From Octopus sinensis (taxonomy: Eukaryota), in assembly GCF_006345805.1 (NCBI RefSeq), contig NC_042998.1, forward strand, positions 93,434,001 to 93,498,000: 64,000 bases of DNA, written 5' to 3'. A program made the translations under genes and the position numbers. How positions within the stretch are numbered: the first letter of the stretch is position 1; every line of letters starts with the position of its first letter. This document shows positions 1-13,753 of the stretch, in pieces. The notes under the pieces were generated by a model. It did no database searches. It saw nothing but the letters and a program-made list of their open reading frames with translations, and was not told the origin of the DNA.

Positions 1-2041
<2,041 letters not shown>

Positions 2042-2043
<2 letters not shown>

Positions 2044-2387
2044 TGTGTGGTGCCAAAGGTCCCGTCTTCCACATCCAGGGTAAGGAGCAGATACTGTAAT
2101 AGCCTGGGGTTCAGGGGCCCTCAGCTTTTCAACAAACTGCCAAGAAAACTGAGAGATCTACATGATGCGGATGTGGACATTTTCAAAAAACATCTAGACA
2201 AGCTGCTTTCCGGGATCCCAGATGAACCCACTGCAAGGTACGAGGGTAACCTAAGGGCAGCAGCTACAAACTCTCTCTTAGATCAGTGGCCAGCCACGGC
2301 AAACTGGACTTAGAGAGGGTAGCAACAAGGGCGGTGCCCCAGCATGGCCTCAGCCGGATGGCTGAAACAAGTAAAAGAGTAAAAGAG
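2042..2387 (+). mobile_element. 3' fragment of a CR1/L2-group LINE (ORF2 C-terminus, 3' UTR and tandem tail)
   Basis: Translates [45 protein letters not shown], homologous to the C-terminus of the RT-bearing copy at 4078-5197. Ends GCGGTGCCCCAGCATGGCC (2331-2349) then (GTAAAAGA)2. Confidence 0.88.
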
Positions 2388-2428
2388 TATATATATATAC
2401 ATATATATATATACATATATATATATAC

Positions 2429-2473
<45 letters not shown>

Positions 2474-2504
2474 TATATACATATATATATACATATATAT
2501 ATAC

Positions 2505-2535
<31 letters not shown>

Positions 2536-2536
2536 C

Positions 2537-2583
<47 letters not shown>
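2388..2583. repeat. (TA)n / TATACA microsatellite
   Basis: Direct inspection. Confidence 0.95.
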
Positions 2584-2584
<1 letters not shown>

Positions 2585-2950
2585 GTTCGATTTGTTTTTT
2601 GCTCCGCCTCTGTTCTGTTTTTGTTTTTCCAACGGATTTCCTTTTTTCTTCCTGAAGAGAAAGACACAATATGGTCCCATTATTCAATCGGATTTTGGTA
2701 ATTTGTGCCTTTCGAAACACGTGTAGAATGAAATAAAACGATTTCTGTTCAATCTGCGTTCAGCTCCATTTCTTCAATTCACCAATAATGTTTTAATTTC
2801 AATTATCCGCACCAACGCACGGTTGCAACGCCAGATGGTTGTACCTCCAACCGTGCTGTTTACTGCTGTGATTATTGCTACTAAGGTATCGGTTAAACTT
2901 TTGATTAATCTACTACAAAATTTTTGATTTAGAATAACCCTCTTTAGCCC
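2584..2950 (+). mobile_element. Short non-coding interspersed element carrying a hammerhead ribozyme (Penelope pseudo-LTR or retrozyme-like)
   Basis: About 370 bp unique island between TA tracts: pyrimidine-rich leader, hammerhead motif, AATAAA just downstream, then a 9-bp-stem hairpin. Confidence 0.6.
2641..2737 (+). ncRNA. Type I hammerhead ribozyme with intact catalytic core
   Basis: CUGAAGA 2652-2658; stem II GAAAG-A-CACAA (2659-2669) / UUGUG-C-CUUUC (2703-2713); GAAA 2714-2717; self-complementary stem III ACACGUGU 2717-2724; GUA triplet with predicted cleavage after 2725; stem I UUC/GAA with a further 4 bp after one mismatch. Confidence 0.78.
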
Positions 2951-3430
2951 TTAATTATATGATGTATATCATATATATATACATATATATACATATATAT
3001 ATATATATACATATATATATACATATATATACATATATATATACATATATATATACATATATATATACATATATATATACATATATATATATACATATAT
3101 ATATATACATATATATATACATATATATATATACATATATATATACATATATACATATATATATTACATATATATATATACATATATATATACATATATA
3201 TATACATATATATATATACATATATATATACATATATATACATATATATATATATACATATATATATACATATATATATACTATATATATATATATATAC
3301 ATCATATATATTACATACATATATATATACATATATATACATATATATATACATATATATATATATACATACATATATATATCATATATATATACATATT
3401 ATATATATATATATACATACATATATATAC

Positions 3431-3481
<51 letters not shown>

Positions 3482-3740
3482 CATATATACTATATATATA
3501 CATATATATATATATATATACATATATAATATATATATACATATATATATACATATATATATATATACATATATATTATATACATTATATATATATACAT
3601 ATATATATATATACATATATATATATACATATATATATATACATATATATATATACATATATATATATACATATATATATATATACATATATATATATAT
3701 TTATATATATATACATATATATATACATATATATACATAC

Positions 3741-3789
<49 letters not shown>

Positions 3790-3900
3790 CATATATATAT
3801 ACATATATATATATACATATAATACATATATATATCATATATATACATATACATATATATATATACATACATATATATATACATATACATATATATATAC

Positions 3901-3932
<32 letters not shown>

Positions 3933-3941
3933 TACATATAC

Positions 3942-3998
<57 letters not shown>

Positions 3999-4033
3999 CA
4001 TATATATATACATATATATACATATATATATAC

Positions 4034-4073
<40 letters not shown>

Positions 4074-4077
4074 ATAT
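2951..4077. repeat. (TA)n / TATACA microsatellite
   Basis: Direct inspection. Confidence 0.95.
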
Positions 4078-5197
4078 GATTGATTGATTGATTCCAGTTC
4101 CAGCCTATGAGCTGTGGCCATGCTGGGGCACCGCCATTTGGTGCTGCTACTTGGTTTTACTTCATGGAGGCTTTCTAGCAACTGCTATTTGGTGCATGAG
4201 AGAGTTCGATGCAGCTGCCCTCATCTGCCCCTCCTGCCGTGAAGTTGGTTCATCTGGGACACCTGACAGGAAGAGATCCAGCTTCATTTTAAAGACATCT
4301 GTATCCACCCCATGCAGGTCTCTCAGGTTTTCGGGAGGATATTGAAGAGCTGTGGGCCTCGGAAGCCCAGGCTATCACAGAATCTTGTCCTACATCTTGA
4401 TGGCAGGTTTGGAGTCCTAGGCACCACGCAGTGGCGCCCAGTTCTGGCATTTGTGTACTCTCGATGCCAAAGTTCAGGACACTTCCCTCCAGGATCTTCC
4501 AGATGTATATTATGGCATATCTTTCCCGCCTACGCTCCAGGGAGTATAATTTTAATCTCTTGAGTCTTTCCCAGTAGCTTACATTCTGCATAGAGGCTAT
4601 CTTCTTTGTGTAGCTTCGTTGGATCGCCTCAAGTTCTGTGATCAACTTGACACTGGATGGTGACCATAGCTGAGAGCAATAGTCAAAGTGGCTTAGGACA
4701 AGTGTCTTCCAGAGGACCATCATGGTTTCTTGTTCTCTTGTTCTAAAGGTTCTAAGAATCCAGCCAGCCAGCCGTCTACATTTCACTGTCAGTTTAGCAA
4801 CATGTACATGAAAGGTCGCGTCATCACTCATGTGAATACCCAGGTCACGCACTGATTGTGCCTCTGGGATTGCAATCCCTCCGGGTCCAGTGTATTCATT
4901 GGGTATTGCATTCAATTTTGCATGCTGATAGTATAAAGCTTGAAACTTTCCAGCATTGAACTGCATGCTATTCTTTTCAGCCCACTTGTATATTTCGTCC
5001 AGCTCACATTGCAGGTTTTTAGTGTCCTCAGGGTTCTGTATTGCCTGTGAAACTTTTGTATCATCTGCATAACTTGTGATCGTGGATCTCTGCGTGGCTG
5101 AGGGCATGTCTGAGAGGGCCATTATGAACAGTAGTGGTCCCAAAACAGTGCCCTGTGGAACACCACTCATTATTTGCGTGTTAATGGAAGTGGCCCC
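4078..5197 (-). mobile_element. 5'-truncated CR1/L2-group LINE encoding the RT C-terminal half
   Basis: [13 protein letters not shown] and SYADDTK RT motifs, [31 protein letters not shown]. Frame open from 5197 to a 1-nt frameshift near 4457. 3' end GCGGTGCCCCAGCATGGCC plus (AATC)n tail. Confidence 0.93.
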
Positions 5198-5744
<547 letters not shown>

Positions 5745-6069
5745 ATACTTAAATGATATATACTTAAATGATAAATTTCTGGAAAGTTTTACAGATTTTT
5801 ACAGTTCTACTGATGGACTGGATCTGTAGTCTTCGAATTAGCTTTTCCCTTTCTGGTTTTGAAAAGTCTAAATTCTCGAGATTGGTACTTAGGCAATGTG
5901 TTACATATACCAGGGTTCCAATAATTACAGGTATAAACCTGAACTTGTAATCTGGATAGAGTTAACTGCAGACTTCTCAATAATTCAGCATAGGTGTTCT
6001 ATTTTTCACTGATCTTCAGCTTTATGTTAACATCCGCTGGGCAGCCAATTTCCACATCTGTACACAGTT
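5745..6069 (-). mobile_element. 3' fragment of an RLE non-LTR retrotransposon (R2/NeSL/CRE-like group)
   Basis: With frameshift/stop it reads KLCTDVEIGCPADVNIKLKISEK...YPDYKFRFIPVIIGTLGYVTHCLSTNLENL...[13 protein letters not shown], matching the D/E..K and P-hydrophobic-G pattern of RLE C-termini. The stop is followed by a 13-bp repeat and then (AT)n. Confidence 0.72.
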
Positions 6070-6224
6070 TCTAGACAGTGGTAATTCAGAAGAAAACCAG
6101 GCTTGGTTTACCAGTTGATGACAGGAAACGAGCAATTCTGAGTGCTGGAAATAGGAGCTTATCAGTTTCCAATCATCAGCTGGTAAACCAAGCTTGATTT
6201 TCTTTCGAACAACCACTGTCTGGA
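6070..6224. repeat. Inverted repeat, 60-bp arms (50/60 matching), 35-bp spacer
   Basis: 6070-6129 is the reverse complement of 6165-6224 with 10 mismatches (hand alignment). Confidence 0.9.
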
Positions 6225-6389
6225 TATTTTTTGAAATATGAAAGTCCTGTAATCTATCTCTTCTGGCGAACCAACAGAGATTTATATATGCTTTATTTCT
6301 TAATCCCTTATTTACTCTAACAACTCTGCAATTATAAAGTACACGCTCTAAAGTTATACCATATGTTTTGCTTGTTCATTCTTTCTTTC

Positions 6390-6390
<1 letters not shown>

Positions 6391-6438
<48 letters not shown>
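6391..6438. repeat. (CA)n microsatellite
   Basis: Direct inspection. Confidence 0.95.
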
Positions 6439-6439
<1 letters not shown>

Positions 6440-7029
6440 TCGTTCTGATTTCGTAGTGAGTCATTTTTGTGACAATTCTTTTGCATTATGAGCGCGTGTG
6501 TGTGTGCATCCGTTTCTGTGCTTCTGTTTACCAGTTTAGACTGATGTTGAGTTATATCACTTTATGTTAAATACGTTAGTTAATTTTTCGATAAATAGAT
6601 CGATAAAATAAATACCGCAATGAAATCAGAAGTGAGGTTGATATGATCATCTAAAATCTTGAAACGGTACTCCACCACTAATAGCACCGGGCTGAGTGCA
6701 GTAAGGAATCACACCAAAATCCTATCCCTTGTCTACTCACATATATATTTCTAAGGGAAAGCACAAGAAAATTTCTGGCATAAACGTTATTGAAGGACTG
6801 AAGAAACGATTCGCTGACAAGTACGTTGCGTGCGCGTTTTGAAAGTGATATTCATTAGTGTGAATTGCATGCTGTTCAGTAAAATATTTCGTATGCATAT
6901 CCAAAATGACACTCACTTCTTTCATAATGACGTACTATCCGTTGATCACACACACTCAAATATGTCTTCTAAGCCCACACTGCGGGAGATTTGAGTAAAC
7001 ATCCCGCTGCGGTTACACAAACACTAAAA

Positions 7030-7233
7030 TCGTTTCAAATCTTGGCACAAGGCCAGAAACTTTAGTGGGCGGAGGTTAGTCTATTACATTGACTCCAGTA
7101 CTTGACTGGTACTTCTTTTTATCGATTCCTAAAAGTCGACCTCGGTGGAATTTGAATTTAGAACGTAAAAACGGACGAAATGCTGCTAAGCATTTCGTCC
7201 GGTGTGCTGACGATTCTACCAGCTCGCTGCCTT
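7030..7233 (-). mobile_element. tRNA-derived SINE, family A (GGCGGCGAGCTGGCAGAA head)
   Basis: Aligns by eye to the many other copies (AGCTGG..AATCGT.AGCAC head, TTCAAATTCC.CCGAGGTCGAC B-box region, GGCCTTGTGCC tail). Confidence 0.85.
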
Positions 7234-7574
7234 ACACACACAAATACTAAATTTAAAGCTTTAATTTAGTCTTCTTCATCGTGAAGTACTAATTATACTC
7301 ATCGTCATTTATTCACTGAAAGAAAGAATGAAATGATTCTTTAAATGACTAAATTCTTTTAGTTTCGATAGTTTTGTTAACTTTATTCCTCATCCATTAA
7401 CCTACAACTGGCAATCCCTAAGAACACTGACAACGAAAGCACATAAAAAATAATTTCGGCGGATTTCAAAATAGATTTTCTTGTTCATCTTCAAAATGTT
7501 TTCATGTTCAAGAATAAATAGATTTTAAAACGGGTCTTCTCATTCGCTGTAATAACAGAAACAACTGTTTTAAA

Positions 7575-7714
7575 TTTTGGCATATTAAATTTTGGTGATT
7601 ACATCGACGGTAAAACAACCTCGGCGATATGGGGACTTCGAACGAAAAGATTAGAAGAAATGCCGCTAAGCATTTTCTCCGATTTGATAATGATTCTGCT
7701 AGTTCGCAGCCTAG
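7575..7714 (-). mobile_element. Degenerate SINE family A
   Basis: Partial match to the family A head and body. Confidence 0.6.
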
Positions 7715-8078
7715 TATCATCTGAAGCCCTAACAAAACTATTTCTACGTTGATTAGCTTTTTATCATAATTCCATTCACGTGTAGAATTTATTGTTTGTT
7801 TGCTTGTGTGTGTATAAAGTCGTAAAGGAATAGATATAGCTCGATGAAATTTTATTTAACAATAAGAAAATTCTAATATCACGACTAATTGTTTCTTAAC
7901 TTAAAAACATGTAAATAATTTATACTATTATATTTAATGATAAATAAATTACTTACATGCCGGCTTTAATACAAAAACTCCTTCTATCATACTATGTATT
8001 CTATATGTTCTATAGAATGGTGCATTAAGGAGATTTTTTATGAGACTACCGGATTATTTGAATCCATGCATTGTGGCT

Positions 8079-8130
<52 letters not shown>

Positions 8131-8256
8131 GGATTTGTTCTTATTTTCAAGAACGAAGGCAAAAAGAAAATATCGATTGTTAGTACAATACATACTTCCT
8201 TGATATAAGTCTACTTGAGCAACAATGTAAAGTGTGAGTGTGCGTGTACACACACG

Positions 8257-8297
<41 letters not shown>

Positions 8298-10754
8298 ACA
8301 TTCATTGCCGTTTTCCCCAGGTAAGAACTACTTTCGTCGCAAGCGGTGGAGAACAACCGATTAGATTTATCTAGTATACTGTTAATCGTTTTATTAACCC
8401 CAAAAAAATGGAATACAGTTTTGAGCCTGACAGGATTTTAACACAGAACATTCAAGATTTTTCTTGTTTTACTTGTTTTGTTTCCGCCAATCTTCTCTTT
8501 TCTTTAATTTCATGTATGCCAGAAGATGGCCGAAACTTTAGATCATCGTAATAAATGTTCTACAATGTTTAATTAACTACCTTTCTGTTCTGAATTCAAA
8601 TCCCATCAGTACCGATTTTACATTAGTATCTGTTGATTATGACTTTCATCCGCTTAGAAAGCTGGCTTTAGTCCAGTCAGAATAAATAATTAGCACACGC
8701 GCGCGCATGCCCACACACATATGTATGTATACATATACATCCATATGCATAAATATGCATCTATATGTATACATACCTACATATATGTTCACACGCATAT
8801 ATATATTAATAAAACTTATTCTATTTCTGAATAGCGTTAATTTATATATAGGCGTTGAAAACCTTCATAAAAATCTATTCTTAGTATGCGAAACTTTATA
8901 CATTAAAATGAATCAGAACAGCTTTTATAGATGAGTATTTAAGAGAGGCGTAAAGTGTCCTTAGATAGACAACCACAAGAGGAAAGACATGGCTTTACTC
9001 GAAAGACAAGCTCAGTAAATAAATGAAAAAATAAGTAAGCAAGTAAATTAATAGTGGCTTCTCAAGCCCAGTGAAGAGCTTGGTCACTTCCAAATGTAAA
9101 CAATCAGCACAACAGCATTCAAGTAATAGTCAGTTTGGAGTACTGTTCATATATATGAGACCTAGTTTGGAGTACCCCATATATATGTAAGACAATTGTG
9201 CAGCTGTTATTGCTGCAATTTCTGTATGCATAAATATCCAAGACGACAGCCTGCAAATGTTCAGCAGATTCTTAGACAGAAAATTCACCTCTCACCCGGT
9301 ATGCTGCAGTTATTGGTTCACATATTTACTCATTTGCCTCTCCTCAGTCTTGTGTGCCGTTGGGATGGTAGTTTCTGCACTTCTGAAATTGTTAGTTGCA
9401 TACTACCTTCATTCCAGTCCATCGGGTGCGATGAAGTATCACTACTTCATTATTGTGATTCACCCTACACACCATCCACGAAACAGCGTGCCTATTTCTT
9501 TCTCTCTTCTCAACCCATTGGGATAACCATTTTACCCACTTTTGTCCTTCAGAGGTTTTTGCCAAACCAGTATCACTAGACAGTTGAGCCAGCGAAGGCA
9601 ATACACGCTGCGCTTACTTCTCCAAATAATTTATATTTAAAGATTTTTAAAAAATTACCATAAAAATATCAATTTCTGTTCTTGACACTCTTGAAGTGAA
9701 GAGTAAAAATTGAAAAGAAACCCCCAAAAAACTTAAGGACAAATGAGAGAGAGAGAGAGGGGGGGTGGGGGCGATGATGTTTAACTAAATGTAATTGTAT
9801 ACAAGATAAAACGATCTACATTTGTTTACTTAACAGATATTCGTTTAGCGCAATCTATGTTGAAGTAATTCTCACTTAGATTCTGAGAGGGATAAGAAAA
9901 TAATGATTAGTGGAATGGTAAGTCTCAGATTATTCCAATTAACCAGGATGACCGAATTAAAAGTGGTGACAACTTATGGAATGTTTGATAAAGAGATTTG
10001 CTTAGTGTCGCTGGGGCGAATGTGAAATAGTAGATCGTGTATAGGAAAATGGAGATTACATTATAATATGACGAGACAGAAAAATAATTAAACAGACTTC
10101 CTTTTAATTCACAGTAAAACATTCACTGATTATTGAGTATAGTTATTTTGTTAACTCGTTATAATCATGAATATTATTTCGAAGCAATATTTAATCCTTA
10201 ATAGAGCATGCGATTACGTAAAGGATGAACAGATAATATGCTGTTGTCTCATAGGTTTCGATTTCGCCCTATATAACTGAAGCAGATCTAAATGTTGCCG
10301 AAGTGTTAAAATCCAAAGATACATAAGCAGCCGCAAGAGACAAGGCAAAATAACTTATACACCTACTTATATATAACATTTTCTTTTGTGTCATACGCTT
10401 AAATTCGTATCCAATTGTCTTCAATTAAAGCAGGGTGCGGTTAAATGTCACAGAGTAATAAAGTTGAGCGCAGAGGTGAGATTAAAGACTAGGTTCAATT
10501 TCCGGACAGGGTATTGTTTTCTTTATCATTCAACGTTAACTAATAACCTTAGCTAACATCTTCTGGCTCGTCCTTTATTAGTCAGTCAATCACTGAGGCG
10601 TATCAAATCAGAAAATTTCTTTTCAGAAGTCATACTATGTTACAAGATTTCGTGATCATATTGTCAATATGACGATAAACTCGAGTGATGTTCCACTGCT
10701 GATTAAATAGGTGGGTGTCTCAGATGACAAGAACAACAACAACGACAATAATAA

Positions 10755-10924
10755 TGGTTTCAGATTTTGGCTCAAGGCCAGCAATTTCGGAGGATATAAG
10801 TCGATTATATCACTCAACTGGTACTTATTTAATCCATCCCGAAAAGATGAAAGGTAAAGTCGACTACGGCGGAATTTGATAAGCATTTTACCGGATTTGC
10901 TAACGGTTTTGCCAGCTCGCCACT

Positions 10925-10926
<2 letters not shown>
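10755..10926 (-). mobile_element. SINE family A (internal deletion)
   Basis: Family A motifs; followed by (AAT)n. Confidence 0.8.
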
Positions 10927-10974
<48 letters not shown>

Positions 10975-10975
<1 letters not shown>

Positions 10976-11183
10976 TCTACTGGAAGCACAAGGCCTCAAA
11001 TTTGAGGGAAGTGATTAAGTCGATTACATCAACCCCAGGGCGTAACTGGTACTTATTTAATTGACCCCGAAAGAATGAACGGCAAAGTCGGCCACAGGGG
11101 AATTTGAACTCAACGTAAAGACCGACGAAATGTCGATAAGCGTTTTACCGAATTTGCTAACGATTCTGCCAGCTCGCCACTTT
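10975..11183 (-). mobile_element. SINE family A
   Basis: Near full-length family A match. Confidence 0.85.
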
Positions 11184-11206
11184 AATTATTATTATTATTA
11201 TTATTT

Positions 11207-11253
<47 letters not shown>

Positions 11254-13673
11254 GTTGATACCAGATAACAATGAAAGTCAAAGGTTTTGAAGTGACATCT
11301 GGAGCAAAGACAAAGTGCACAAGAAGGATGCTGAATGGTTGCAGGAACTGAAACAAACAGTAGTCTGTCCAAAACAGGCAGAACTAGTCGTTTCAGTTAG
11401 GAAAGTGAAGGAAATCAAAAAAAAAAAAAAAAACATCTGGCAGGCGCCGGGACCAGACGGAGTTCAAGGCTACTGGATCAAAATATTTGGTGAATGTCAT
11501 GCACGAATAGCTGAGCAATTTAACACCTTGTTAAATGTCGACCAAGTAACATCAGAGTGGTTGACATTGAGGAAGACAGTGCTGTGCTTGAAAAACATCG
11601 AAAAAGGCAATACGGTAGACAATTACAGGCCAATATCCTGTTTGCCACTTATGTGGAAATTATTGACTGGAATATACTCGCAGAGTCAATGTACGAACAT
11701 CTGGAAAAATATGGAATCCTGCCACATGAGCAGAAGGGTTGCAAGCGTAAGTGCAGAGGTACCAATGATCAACTCCTGATAGACAAAACTGTACTTAGAG
11801 ACTGCAATAGGAGGAAAAGTAACTTAGCCATGTCAAGGATCGACTATCGTAAAGCGTACGATATGATCCCACACTCTTGGATAATGGACTGTATGAACTT
11901 ATTTGGTATTGCATCGAATGTTGAGCGATTGTATAGAAAAAGCATGGCGAATTGGAGGACGGACCTGACAGCATACGGGAGAAATTTAAGGACAGTATAA
12001 ATCAGGAGGGGCATCTTCCAAGAGGACTGCCTGTCCCCACTGATCTTTGTACAGCGCTTGATACCACTAACACTGATTTTGAGGAAAGCAAAGGCTGGGT
12101 ATGTATTCAAAAGCCGCCAACAAAAAGACAACCATTTGTTATTCATGGATCTCAAACTTTGTGATAAAGATGAAGCCCAAGTCAGTTCCCTCGTTGATAT
12201 GGTGTATACCTTCAGTGCTGATATAAGAATGGAGTTCGGACTGAGAAAGTGTTGTGTGTTAGTCTTGAAGAGAGCCAAAATCAAATGTATAGACTGGCTA
12301 TCGATACCGTCGGGGGAGGTGGTTATAAAGCAGATAGAAGAGACGGGCTATAAGTACTTGGGGATTTTGAAAATGGATAAATTAATGGAGAAAGAAATGA
12401 CAGAAAAGTTTAAGGTGGAGTCCTTGCGCAGACTGAGACTGGGCCTTAAGTCGAAATTAAACGGACGGAATAAGATTGAAGCTATCAACACCTGTGCGGT
12501 TTCACTCTTTGGATGAGGAGCAGGGGTAACCGCATGGACAGTAGACGAACTAAACAGCTTAGACAGAAAGATAAGGAAGTTGCTAACTAGATATGGGACA
12601 CTCCACCTAAAAGGTGACACAGTCAGACTGTATGTACCAAGAAAAAGAGGGGGAAGAGGACTTATTGTATGCGAACACAGTATTAGAGAAGAAGAAAACA
12701 ACATAGCATGGTATGTAAAATGTGCCACAGAACCACTGTTATTAGGAATAAGGTCAGGCTTGTGTGGGCTGAAAGATTGCAAAGATAAAGCACTATACAA
12801 GAAATTGAAAATGAATGAAACTGATAGTAGACGGGTAAAGAAAAGAATGCATGGTCAATTTCATAGAGATGTTGAAGATAAAACAGACAGAGAAAAAAGA
12901 TGGCTGTGGATGACTAAAAGTGATTTAAAACCGGAAATGGAGGCTCTAATATGTCCTACCCAAGAGCAAGCACTAAGAACAAACTATATGAAATACAGAA
13001 AAGACAATACACCAGAAAGTGGTAAGGGCAGAATCTGTGGACAAAATGGTGAAACAATATGGCATATTACCAGCCAATGTACACCACTAGCCCAGAAGGA
13101 ATATAAGAGACGCCACGACAATATAGCAAGGCTTGTCTATTGGACACTTTGCAACAAGTATGGACTTGACAGAGCAAAAAATTGGTACAACCACAAACCC
13201 GAAAGCATCATCAAAAATGATAATGCATAGATCCTGCGGGATTTTATGATTCAGTGCGACCATGAGATGGAGGATAGGACACCAGACATAGTCTTAATTG
13301 AGAAAGAAAGCAAACCATGCTGGATCATAGATATAACATGCCCATCTGACAACAAGATGTGTGATAAGGAAGAAAGAAAAGTCGATAGATATGACTGGTT
13401 AGCTTGAGATGCTAAGCAGTTGTGACCGATGTAAAAGGCGGCAGTAGTACCAATAATTGTTGGAGCCCTGTGAACAGTGAGTAAAAATCTTGAGAAGTAC
13501 ATGGAACAAATAGGAGCTGCAATAAGGGTGGAACACTTGCAGAATACAGCACTGCTTGGAACCATTCGAATGCTCCGGAAGATGCTCGAAAAGTAAGAGG
13601 TGTTATCTTAGTTCACTAGTAGTGAAAAGCTGACACCGTAGTACGTCTCCAGCGTTAGAAGCTGTGCAAAGGC
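11254..13673 (+). mobile_element. 5'-truncated, decayed R4/Dong-clade non-LTR retrotransposon (RT, CCHC, RLE)
   Basis: [64 protein letters not shown] (one catalytic Asp codon missing at 12148-12151), (C>G)RICGQNGETIWHITSQC, RHD, PDIVLIE..IIDITCP. Several frameshifts and stops. (AAT)n on both sides. Confidence 0.92.
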
Positions 13674-13692
13674 AATAATAATGATAATAATA

Positions 13693-13740
<48 letters not shown>

Positions 13741-13753
13741 TAATAATAATAAT

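Noticed and set aside
8519-8545. CAGAAGA-T-GGCC-GAAAC, resembling a minimal hammerhead, with pyrimidine leader and downstream AATAAA
   Set aside because: U4 is replaced, stem II has no loop, the GUH triplet is absent and stem I does not pair; at best a vestige.
9196-9601. 127-aa Cys-rich ORF and overlapping ORFs
   Set aside because: No recognisable domain, alternative start only, no convincing splice boundaries.
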